From assembly GCA_035702585.1 (NCBI GenBank), contig DASSQI010000002.1, positions 59-64,058 on the forward strand: a stretch of 64,000 bases of DNA. Direction: 5' to 3'. A program made the position numbers and the translations under genes. Positions 21,228 to 29,458 of the stretch are shown piece by piece; the stretch's first letter is position 1; each line of letters starts with the position of its first letter. The stretch is from Anaeromyxobacteraceae bacterium. Its GTDB lineage: Bacteria > Myxococcota > Myxococcia > Myxococcales > Anaeromyxobacteraceae. The notes under the pieces were generated by a model that saw only the letters and a list, made by a program, of their open reading frames with translations, had not been told where the DNA came from and did no database searches.

Positions 21228-23080
21228 CCACCGACCACGAGCCGGTCATCGGCATCGACCTCGGCACGACGAACTCGGTCGTCGCCGCCGTCGTGAACGG
21301 CTCCCCTCGCGTGATCCCGAACCGCGGCGGACAGCTCCTCACGCCGTCCATCGTCGCCGTCGCGAAGAACGGGAAGCAGCTCGTCGGCCAGCTCGCGCGC
21401 CGGCAGGCGATCACGAACCCGCAGAACACGATCCACGCCGCCAAGCGGCTCATCGGCAGGCGCTGGGGCTCGCGCGAGGTGGAGGACGCCCGCAAGGTCC
21501 TGCCGTACGAGCTGGTCGCCGGGCCGGGCGGCCACGACGTCCGCGTCGTCCTCGACGGGAATCCCATCTCGGTCCCTGAGGTCTCCGCGATGGTGCTCGC
21601 GGAGCTGAAGGCGGACGCCGAGGCGTTCTTCGGCCGCGTGATCTCGCGCGCCGTGATCACCGTGCCGGCCTACTTCAACGACGGGCAGCGGCAGGCGACG
21701 CGCGACGCCGGACGGCTCGCCGGCCTCGACGTGCTGCGCATCGTGAACGAGCCGACCAGCGCTGCGCTCGCGTACGGATTCGGCCGCGGGCTCGAGGAGA
21801 AGGTCGTCGTCTTCGACCTCGGCGGCGGGACGTTCGACGTCTCGATCCTCGACGTCTCGAAGAGCGTGTTCGACGTCGTCGCGGTCGGAGGGGACACCTA
21901 CCTCGGCGGCGAGGATTTCGACCGGCGCGTCATCGACGCGCTCGTGTTCGGCTTCGCGCGCGACCACGACGGGCTCGATCTGCGCCAGGATCGGATGGCG
22001 ATGCAGCGCATCCGCGACGCCGCCGAGCGCGCGAAGTGCGAGCTCTCCACCGTGCCGACCGCCGCGGTGCACCTGCCGTTCATCGCCGGCGGGACCGCTG
22101 GGCACCCGGCGCTCCACCTCGAGGCGCAGCTCACGCGCGAGCAGCTCGAGGACATGACGCGCGACCTGGTGGACCGCTGCATCCAGGTCACCGCGAAGAC
22201 GCTCAAGGAGGCCGGCCTCCGCCCGCAGCAGATCGGGGAGGTGCTCCTCGTCGGCGGTCAGACGCGCATGCCACGGGTGCAGCAGGCGGTGCGGGAGCTC
22301 TTCGGGCGCGAGCCGTCGCGCGGCGTGCACCCGGAGGAGGTCGTCGCGCTCGGCGCCGCGATCCAGGCGCAGGCGCTCACGGAGCCGGAGGCCAGCGCCG
22401 CAGAGGTGCTGCTCCTCGACGTGACCCCGCGCGATCTCGGCATCATGGTGGCCGGCGGGTTCTTCCAGACGGTCATCCCGCGGAACACGACGGTGCCGGC
22501 GAGCCAGACGCACGTCTTCACGACGTCGCAGGACTACCAGCCCACCGTGCGGATCTCGGTGCTGCAGGGCGAGAGCGAGCTCGCGGCCGAGAACGAGCTG
22601 CTCGGTGAGTTCATCCTCGAGGGCCTGCGCTCGGCGCGCCGCGGCGAGGTCGAGATCGAGGTGGCGTTCGACATCAGCGCGGACGGCATCGTGGGCGTCT
22701 CCGCCCGCGACGTGCACACCGGCCGGCAGCAGTCGATCACCGTCACGGCGACGTCGGGCCTCACCGAGCAGGAGATCCAGCAGATCCTCGCCGAGGGCGC
22801 GAGCCAGGCGCCCGCGCCTGCGGACGAGTCGGGTGCTCGCCGCCGGGCCGCGCTCGAGGCCGCCCTCGAGGAGATCGCCTCGCTCGAGCCCGCGGTGGCG
22901 CTCGCGCTCCAGCGCAGCCGGTTCGGCACCGACGCCCTCGACCGCGCGCACCGGCTCACGAAGCAGGCGCGCGAGGCGCTCGCGAGCGGCGACGGGCAGC
23001 GCATCGAAGCGGAGGCGCGCGACGTCGACCGGACGCTCCAGCTCTTCAGGTCGCTCGCGTCGGGCGGAGGCGTGGCGTGA
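21224..23080 (+). CDS. Hsp70 family chaperone (non-canonical DnaK paralogue)
   Basis: 618 aa; IGIDLGTTNSVVA, DLGGGTFDVSIL, VLLVGGQTRMPRV; start overlaps J-protein stop (ATGA). Confidence 0.9.
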   Translation: MTTDHEPVIGIDLGTTNSVVAAVVNGSPRVIPNRGGQLLTPSIVAVAKNGKQLVGQLARRQAITNPQNTIHAAKRLIGRRWGSREVEDARKVLPYELVAGPGGHDVRVVLDGNPISVPEVSAMVLAELKADAEAFFGRVISRAVITVPAYFNDGQRQATRDAGRLAGLDVLRIVNEPTSAALAYGFGRGLEEKVVVFDLGGGTFDVSILDVSKSVFDVVAVGGDTYLGGEDFDRRVIDALVFGFARDHDGLDLRQDRMAMQRIRDAAERAKCELSTVPTAAVHLPFIAGGTAGHPALHLEAQLTREQLEDMTRDLVDRCIQVTAKTLKEAGLRPQQIGEVLLVGGQTRMPRVQQAVRELFGREPSRGVHPEEVVALGAAIQAQALTEPEASAAEVLLLDVTPRDLGIMVAGGFFQTVIPRNTTVPASQTHVFTTSQDYQPTVRISVLQGESELAAENELLGEFILEGLRSARRGEVEIEVAFDISADGIVGVSARDVHTGRQQSITVTATSGLTEQEIQQILAEGASQAPAPADESGARRRAALEAALEEIASLEPAVALALQRSRFGTDALDRAHRLTKQAREALASGDGQRIEAEARDVDRTLQLFRSLASGGGVA

Positions 23081-23769
23081 CGGTCGCGAACCGCTGGCTG
23101 GAGGACGGGATCCGGGCGTACGGGCGCGGCCAGGTCTCGGAGGCGGAGCGCTGCTGGCGTGAGGCGCTGGCGCTCGATCCCGCGAACGAGCGGGCGAGAT
23201 CGTACCTCGCGTCGCTCATCCACGCCGCGGCCCTCGCCGCCCCCGCTGCCGCAGCCGCGCGGGCGAGGACGGGGCCGTCGTGCGCGTGGGACGAGCAGCC
23301 GGGGCGCGTCCCCGTCATGGAGATCTCCGCCGATGCGGGCGGCCACGACGTGGTCTCGGCGCTCGTGGACTCGCCGCGGCACGCGTCACGCGAGGAGCAG
23401 GTCGCCGACCTGATGCAGCTCGCGCGCGACCGGTTCGCGCTGGGGGACTTCTCGGGATCGCTCGAGGTCATCGAGCGGATCCTCGCGCTCGAGCCCGCGC
23501 ACGGGGAGGCGCTCGCGTACCTGCGCGAGAACGAGTCGACGCTCGTCCACATGTACGAGTCGAAGATCGGCCCGCTCGACGCGGTGCCGCGCCTCGCGCT
23601 GCGGCCCGAGGAGGTCACGTGGCTGCAGCTCGATCACCGCGCGGGGTTCGTGCTCGCGCAGGTGGACGGGACCGCGAGCTTCGACGACCTCTTCGCGCTC
23701 TCCGGCCTCTCGCGCCTCGACACCGCCCGGATCCTGGCGCGCTTCGTCACGGACGGCATCGTCCGCTGA
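23077..23769 (+). CDS. TPR-containing hypothetical protein coupled to Hsp70
   Basis: 230 aa; start overlaps Hsp70 stop (GTGA); N-terminal TPR (CWREALALDPANERARSYLA), conserved-looking C-terminal segment LQLDHRAGFVLAQVDGTASFDDL. Confidence 0.7.
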   Translation: MTVANRWLEDGIRAYGRGQVSEAERCWREALALDPANERARSYLASLIHAAALAAPAAAAARARTGPSCAWDEQPGRVPVMEISADAGGHDVVSALVDSPRHASREEQVADLMQLARDRFALGDFSGSLEVIERILALEPAHGEALAYLRENESTLVHMYESKIGPLDAVPRLALRPEEVTWLQLDHRAGFVLAQVDGTASFDDLFALSGLSRLDTARILARFVTDGIVR

Positions 23770-23775
23770 AGCTTG

Positions 23776-24693
23776 TCAGCGCACGACCGCAGTCCAGAGC
23801 CCCTCGAGCACCTTGGCGCCGCGCTGGTTCACGGTGCTGGACCGCACCGCGACGACGTCGAGCTTGCCGCGCTTCTCGATCGACGCCACCTCGCCGACGG
23901 TCTCGAGGCGATCGCCCGGCCGGACCGGCTCGCCGTACACCAGCTCCTGCTCTCCGTGCAGGACGCGCGGGAGGTTCATCGCGAGCGCGGGATCGACGAG
24001 CGCGGCGGCGAACGGCTGCATCGCGAACACGGCGCCGAAGGTGGGCGGGGCGATGACGCTGCCGTAACGAGACTGCCTGCCCGCGTCCTCGTCCACGAAC
24101 CACGGGTGCGGCGCCGGGTCGGCCGCGTGCTCGTACATGCGCGTCGGCACCCCGCCCGCGACGGCGAGCGCGAAGTCGCGGATCTTCTCGAGCGACGCCT
24201 CGTACCGGTAGGGCCCGTAGCGCCGCCCGACGTTCGGGGGAGGCGCCGCGTCCGCAGCGGGCACCGCGACCGGCTCGGCCGAGCGCTGCCCCTCGCTCCA
24301 GTCCGCCTCGGCGAGCGCGTTCCGGAGCACGTCCTCGCCGCGCTGATTCCGCACCGACACCTCGACGCGGACCGCGCTGCCCTCCACCGACGTGCAGCGC
24401 CCCTCGAACGTCACGGTGTCGTCGATCAGCACCGGCCGCGAGAAGCGCGCGAACAGCCGCCGGAACCTGCCCGGATCCCCGAAGTAGCCGGCGCATGCCT
24501 CGGCGAGCCACGCGTACGTGCACATGCCCTGGAGGATCGGGCCCGGCAGCCCTGCCGCGCGCGCGACCTCCGCGTCGACGTGGATCGGGTTGAAGTCGCC
24601 GGACGCGGCCGCGTAGTAGATCGGCCGAAGCCGATCGCAGGTGCGGACGTGCGTGAACGTCTCGCCAGCGCGGAAATCCGACAGGGTCTTCAT
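23776..24693 (-). CDS. MaoC-like (R)-hydratase, double hot-dog fold
   Basis: 305 aa; YAAASGDFNPIHVDAEVARAAGLPGPILQGM in N-half, second hot-dog half downstream. Confidence 0.85.
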   Translation of the reverse strand: MKTLSDFRAGETFTHVRTCDRLRPIYYAAASGDFNPIHVDAEVARAAGLPGPILQGMCTYAWLAEACAGYFGDPGRFRRLFARFSRPVLIDDTVTFEGRCTSVEGSAVRVEVSVRNQRGEDVLRNALAEADWSEGQRSAEPVAVPAADAAPPPNVGRRYGPYRYEASLEKIRDFALAVAGGVPTRMYEHAADPAPHPWFVDEDAGRQSRYGSVIAPPTFGAVFAMQPFAAALVDPALAMNLPRVLHGEQELVYGEPVRPGDRLETVGEVASIEKRGKLDVVAVRSSTVNQRGAKVLEGLWTAVVR

Positions 24694-25793
24694 GCGAGCG
24701 GGTCCTCCGCGTCGGCGGTCGAGAGCACCGGCCGTCGCGACGCGTAGTGGGACTTCACGAACTCGACGAGCCTGTCGAGGTACGAGGTGATCGGCGGGCA
24801 GGTGATGCCCGTGCCCGCGAGCAGGTCGAGCATGTTCCGGCAGTTGTAGATGGTGAGCCGGTTGATCATCTGGATCGCGCTCCGCTGCGGGCGCGCGAGC
24901 CGCTCGATGAACGGCAGGCGCAGCAGCGTCTCGACCGCGAGCGCGGGGAGGGCGACCGGCGGCAGCGTCTTGCCCTCGCGCGCGGCGATCAGCTCGTAGA
25001 CGCGGCGGACGGGCAGGGGCGCCGGATCGACGAGGTGCACCGTCTTGCCGGCGGCGGACGGGTGCGCGCCGATCGTGAGCGCGGCCTCCACGACGAAGTC
25101 CACCGGCACCGCGTTGAGCGGCGCGCCGTTCTGCGGCGGCAGCGGGAGCGGCACCGCGAGCGGCGTCGCGACGAGGAGCATGGCGAGGAAATAGGGTCCC
25201 TCGAACCGGTCGATCTCGCCGGTGCGGGAGTCACCGACGACCATGCTCGGCCGGTAGATTACGGCGGGCAGCTCCTGCTGCGCCCTCCGCACGAGCTTCT
25301 CCGCCTCGAACTTCGAGCGCGCGTAGGCGTCGTCGAACCGCTGGCCGTTGTCGAGCTCGTCCTCGAGGATGACCCCTTCCCGGTTGCCCGAGACGTAGGC
25401 GCTCGAGAAGTGGTGGAGGCGGCGCAGGTTCGGGGCTGCGCGCGCGAGCTCCAGCACGTTGCGCGTGCCCTCTACGTTCGTCGCGCGAATGGCGCGCGGG
25501 TCGGCCGTGAGATCGGCGAGCGCGGCGAGGTGCCAGATCTCGGTCGTGCTCGCGGCCGCCTTCTTGTACTCGGCGCCCGAGAGGCCGAGGTGCATCTGGG
25601 TCACGTCCCCTTCGAGGACTTCGAACGGGGCGTCCAGCGCCTCGAGCGTGCGCCGCGCGGTCTCCGCCTGGGGAGCGCGCACCAGCATCACCCATCGTGA
25701 ATCGCGGCCGCGCCGCTGCTCGACCATGCGGCGCACGAGGCGCTGCCCGATGAAGCCGGGATAGTCGGTGACGAAGATCGACTCGGCGGGCAC
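24690..25793 (-). CDS. SDR-family NAD-dependent epimerase/reductase (thioester-reductase-like)
   Basis: 367 aa; nucleotide-binding VTDYPGFIGQRL, YARSKFEAE catalytic Y-x3-K; stop overlaps MaoC start. Confidence 0.8.
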   Translation of the reverse strand: MPAESIFVTDYPGFIGQRLVRRMVEQRRGRDSRWVMLVRAPQAETARRTLEALDAPFEVLEGDVTQMHLGLSGAEYKKAAASTTEIWHLAALADLTADPRAIRATNVEGTRNVLELARAAPNLRRLHHFSSAYVSGNREGVILEDELDNGQRFDDAYARSKFEAEKLVRRAQQELPAVIYRPSMVVGDSRTGEIDRFEGPYFLAMLLVATPLAVPLPLPPQNGAPLNAVPVDFVVEAALTIGAHPSAAGKTVHLVDPAPLPVRRVYELIAAREGKTLPPVALPALAVETLLRLPFIERLARPQRSAIQMINRLTIYNCRNMLDLLAGTGITCPPITSYLDRLVEFVKSHYASRRPVLSTADAEDPLA

Positions 25794-25800
25794 GCCGAGG

Positions 25801-26424
25801 TCAATATCGTTTCGGGCTGCCCTTGGGAAGGTTCCGCGAGAGGTCCGAGAGGAGCGCGTCGGCCTTCGCGGCGAGGTCCTCGAGCGTCCCGTCGTTCACG
25901 ACGACGAAGTCGGCGCGGCGCGCCTTCTCGTCGAGCGGGAGCTGCGCGGCCATGCGCGCCTCGGCCTCGGCGGCGGAGAGCCCGTCCCGCGCCGCCAGGC
26001 GCGCGAGCTGCGCCTCATGCGGGGCCCACACCACGACGACGGCGTCCACGTCGCGCTCGCGCCCCGCCTCGTACAGGAGCGGGACGTCGTACAGCACGAG
26101 AGGGGTGCCCGCCTCGGAGAGGCGCTGCACCTCGTCCGCCATCGCCGCGCGAACGAGGGGGTGGACGATCTTCTCGAGCTTCACCCTGGCATCGCGGTCG
26201 GAGAAGACGCGCGCCGCCATCCGCTTCCGGTCGAGCCCCCCCGATGCGTCGAGGACCTCCTCGCCGAAGGTGCTGACGATCTCGGCGAGCCCTGGCGAGC
26301 CGGGCGCGACGACGTCGCGGGCGAGCCGATCGGCGTTTATGACGGCCGCGCCGCGCGCCCGCAGCAGCGCCGAGAAGGCGGTCTTGCCCGAGCCGATCCC
26401 GCCGGTGAGTCCGATGATCCTCAT
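25801..26424 (-). CDS. coaE: dephospho-CoA kinase
   Basis: 207 aa; MRIIGLTGGIGSGKT P-loop, typical length. Confidence 0.9.
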   Translation of the reverse strand: MRIIGLTGGIGSGKTAFSALLRARGAAVINADRLARDVVAPGSPGLAEIVSTFGEEVLDASGGLDRKRMAARVFSDRDARVKLEKIVHPLVRAAMADEVQRLSEAGTPLVLYDVPLLYEAGRERDVDAVVVVWAPHEAQLARLAARDGLSAAEAEARMAAQLPLDEKARRADFVVVNDGTLEDLAAKADALLSDLSRNLPKGSPKRY

Positions 26425-26434
26425 GCCGACGGCC

Positions 26435-26980
26435 TCATCGCGCCGGTGTGCCGTCCTGCGCGGCCGCGTCTTGCTCCGCTGGGGCCGCGGGCGCCTGGCT
26501 CGAGTCGCCGTCGCGCCGGCTGCGGGCCGCCGCCGGCTGCGGCGTATGGAACCGTATCGCCTCCACGGACCCGTCCTTCGCGAAGAAGACCATCACCCCG
26601 AGCGAGCGATAGACCCAGACCGGCTTGAAGTCGTCCGTGAAGGTCTTCTGGCCGCTCTTGCCGTACGTGCCCTCGACCGACTCGCGATCGAGCTGCGCCG
26701 CCGGGAAGACCGTGATCTCGTCGACGACGCCGTCCGCGCGCGTGAAGAACTGCGCCTGCCGCGTGCCCGCGATGGCCTGCTCCTCGCGGTAGACGAGCGC
26801 GCCGCGCGCGCCGACCTTGCCCTGCGTCGAGGGCTCGCCGAACTTCTTCACGACCTCGGCCTGCGTGGTCACGCCCGGAGTGACGCCCTGCCACGGCTTC
26901 GCGAGGGCCGGGGACGCGGCGGTGGCGATCACGAGCGCGAAAGCGGCTGCGAGGACGCGGGCGAGGTGGACGGCGAGCAT
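26435..26980 (-). CDS. secreted hypothetical protein
   Basis: In ORF 26435-27247; start MLAVHLARVLAAAFALVIATAASPALA (signal peptide); G/C-ending codons. Confidence 0.65.
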   Translation of the reverse strand: MLAVHLARVLAAAFALVIATAASPALAKPWQGVTPGVTTQAEVVKKFGEPSTQGKVGARGALVYREEQAIAGTRQAQFFTRADGVVDEITVFPAAQLDRESVEGTYGKSGQKTFTDDFKPVWVYRSLGVMVFFAKDGSVEAIRFHTPQPAAARSRRDGDSSQAPAAPAEQDAAAQDGTPAR

Positions 26981-27020
26981 GCGCGGATTATAGTGCCGCC
27001 GCCTCGATTCCCGAGAGAAG

Positions 27021-27638
27021 GTGTCCGTGAAAGTCCTGAGCGCCGAGTTCCTGCGCACCTCGACCCACCGTGGCCAATGGCCGCCCGAAAAGCTGCCGGA
27101 GTTCGCGTTCGTCGGCCGCAGCAACGTCGGCAAGTCGTCGATGCTGAACGCCCTCACCCGGCGGGACAAGCTCGCACGCGTGTCGGCGACGCCCGGACGC
27201 ACCCAGGCGCTCCAGTTCTTCGAGGTGTCGGTGAAGCCGAGCCCCACCGTGAAGGCGGTCCGGCTGCGCTTCTGCGATCTGCCCGGCTACGGCTGGGCGC
27301 AGGTGTCGAAGGCCGATCGCGAGCGCTGGGGCGAGATGATCGAGGAGTACATCCGCGATCGCGAGCAGCTGCTCGCCGTCGTGCTGATCGTGGACGCGCG
27401 TCATCCGCCGCAGCCGAGCGACCGCGACGCTCTCGAGTTCGTGACCTCGCTCGGACGGCGCGCGGTCGTGGCCGCGACGAAGATGGACAAGCTCACGCGC
27501 AACCAGCGGCTCTCGGCGGGCAAGCAGATCGAGCGCGACCTCGGCCTCACAGCCGGCGAGGTGGTGCCGTTCTCCGCGATGGAGGGGACCGGGACCGACG
27601 CGCTCTGGTCGAGGCTCCTCGCCTTCGCGCGCGAGTGA
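27021..27638 (+). CDS. engB: ribosome-biogenesis GTPase YsxC/EngB
   Basis: 205 aa; G1 GRSNVGKSS, DLPGYG, TKMDK; second in-frame GTG at 27027 is better spaced from gagaagg. Confidence 0.9.
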   Translation: MSVKVLSAEFLRTSTHRGQWPPEKLPEFAFVGRSNVGKSSMLNALTRRDKLARVSATPGRTQALQFFEVSVKPSPTVKAVRLRFCDLPGYGWAQVSKADRERWGEMIEEYIRDREQLLAVVLIVDARHPPQPSDRDALEFVTSLGRRAVVAATKMDKLTRNQRLSAGKQIERDLGLTAGEVVPFSAMEGTGTDALWSRLLAFARE

Positions 27639-27726
27639 CAGCCGTGGTTCGGCCGGTCTGATCCCGCCGCGGAAGGGAGCAGGCCCTCTGGGCGCCGCTA
27701 TCGGCCGCCGAGGAGCGTCCACTCTC

Positions 27727-27782
27727 ACGAGCGCGCCCGCTCCGGCGCGCGCTGACGAGCGCGCCCGCTCCGGCGCGCGCTG
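27727..27782. repeat. 2 x 28-bp perfect tandem repeat, each unit a hairpin
   Basis: acgagcgcgcccgctccggcgcgcgctg twice; internal inverted repeat agcgcgcc/ggcgcgct; partial third copy at 27846-27862. Confidence 0.9.
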
Positions 27783-27915
27783 GTCGCGGCTCCTCGCCAA
27801 CGCCGTGGGTGAGGCAGCGCGCCGGGCCATCGAGGAATGCCGCTCACGAGCGCGCCCGCTCCCGCTCGTCGTCCGAGCAGAAGCGGGCGCATCGCGCCGC
27901 GAGGCCTCGTCGGGA

Positions 27916-28221
27916 TCAGGGGACGATGCTGGACGGCGCGGATTCGTCGCCGAGGTGCAGGTCGGTGTCGTGCTCTCCGTGACGGCGGTTGACGCGGTTG
28001 CGCCAGGTGTCGCCGACCACGTTCCGCATCTCGTTGCCCGGCCGCGGCGCGAACATGAGCCCGATCCCGGCACCGACCGCGATCCCCAGCGCGAACAGCC
28101 CGAGGCCGCTGAAGAAGTCACCGGTGGGCGAGCGCTCCTCGAGCCCCATCCTCCGGAGCAGCCGGTCCCTGTTCATCTCCTTCCGCATCATCCGCGCGGT
28201 GCGATTCCAGTTCATCGACAT
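27916..28221 (-). CDS. YtxH-like small membrane/stress protein
   Basis: In ORF 27916-28605; start MSMNWNRTARMM; single hydrophobic helix FFSGLGLFALGIAVGAGIGLMFAP flanked by charged tails. Confidence 0.65.
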   Translation of the reverse strand: MSMNWNRTARMMRKEMNRDRLLRRMGLEERSPTGDFFSGLGLFALGIAVGAGIGLMFAPRPGNEMRNVVGDTWRNRVNRRHGEHDTDLHLGDESAPSSIVP

Positions 28222-28264
28222 TGCGTGTCTCCCTGTCCGTTGAAGGTCTTGAAGGGCGCCTGGT

Positions 28265-28540
28265 CTAGAAGGGCGCCTCGGCCGTCTGCCGACCGCGGAG
28301 CTGCTGCGCGAACCCGAACACGCGCTCTCTGACGCTCGGCAGCGCGAGCAGCCCGAGGCTCGCGCGCGCGAGCCATCGCGTAGGACGGGAGAAGAGGCCT
28401 CCGCCGAGCAGGTAGCCGGCACCGATCGCCACACCGACCGCCGCCCAGGGCCGATCTCGCACGCGAGACGTGAGCACCTGACTGACCTCCCGCACCCCCG
28501 GCAGCTCTCGCTGCTCCTGCCCGACGTTCGCCACGGCCAT
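28265..28540 (-). CDS. small membrane protein, hypothetical
   Basis: In ORF 28265-29140; start MAVANVGQEQ preceded by GGAGGG; helix WAAVGVAIGAGYLLGGGLF. Confidence 0.6.
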   Translation of the reverse strand: MAVANVGQEQRELPGVREVSQVLTSRVRDRPWAAVGVAIGAGYLLGGGLFSRPTRWLARASLGLLALPSVRERVFGFAQQLRGRQTAEAPF

Positions 28541-28671
28541 CCCTCCCCGCGACCGGCACCGGCCGCCTCGGTGAAAAGGGTGCGCATCCGTGCGCCCTGA
28601 GACACCCCGCCGCGCGGGCGAGGCCCAACCGGTCGGTCGCTGAGCGTCTACCGCACGGTCGGTCGCTGTCG

Positions 28672-29457
28672 TCACCGCACGGTCGCCACCCCGGCCGCTT
28701 GCACGTCGCGGGCGAGCGGCGGTCTCCGCGCCTGCGCCTCGAGCTCGATCTCGAGCACGATCGGGAGGTGGTCGGACGCGAGCCGCGCGGTCTGGCTCGT
28801 GAGCACCTCGGCGCCGAGCACGCGGACGGCAGGACCGACGAACGCGCGATCGAGGCGCAAGAAAGGAAGCCGGGACGGGAACGTCGGCCCCGCGGAACGT
28901 CCGAGGACCGCGCCGTCGCGGAGGTGGCGCCCGATCCAGCGCGGCACCGCCGAGATGCGTGGCCACGGCGAGTTGAAGTCGCCGACCAGGACGAGCGGGT
29001 AGAGGAGCGCCGCGTCGCGCAGGATGTCGGCGGACAGGAGCTGGGACGCCTGGCGCCTGCGCTCCCGCCACGCGAGGCCAAGGTGGACGTTGAAGAAGTG
29101 GAGCGCGCCGCCGGGCACGTCGATGTCGGTGCGGAGACAACCGCGCGGCTCGCGCCCCGCCACTGATAGGTCGTAGGTGCGCGTCGCGGTGATCGGGTGG
29201 CGCGCGAGCGTCGCATTCCCGAACGGGAACCCCCGGCGAAGCTCCGTCGTCGCGTACGCGACGGAGAGCCCGGTGAGCTGCTCGAGCGCCGTCTTCGGAT
29301 CGGCGAGGCCCTCGCGACCGCGCAGCGCTCCGACCTCCTGCAGCCCTGCGACGTCCACCCGGGCGTCGATGATGACCTGCGCGACGCGATCGGGATCGTG
29401 CCGGCGACTCCGGCCGTGCATCCCGTGCACGTTCCAGGTCATCAGACGGAGCGACAT
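28672..29457 (-). CDS. endonuclease/exonuclease/phosphatase (EEP) family protein
   Basis: In ORF 28672-30594; start MSLRLMTWNVHG; GLQEV, LVLVGDFNS, ASDHLPIV EEP motifs; starts 1 nt after upstream stop. Confidence 0.85.
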   Translation of the reverse strand: MSLRLMTWNVHGMHGRSRRHDPDRVAQVIIDARVDVAGLQEVGALRGREGLADPKTALEQLTGLSVAYATTELRRGFPFGNATLARHPITATRTYDLSVAGREPRGCLRTDIDVPGGALHFFNVHLGLAWRERRRQASQLLSADILRDAALLYPLVLVGDFNSPWPRISAVPRWIGRHLRDGAVLGRSAGPTFPSRLPFLRLDRAFVGPAVRVLGAEVLTSQTARLASDHLPIVLEIELEAQARRPPLARDVQAAGVATVR

Positions 29458-29458
29458 C

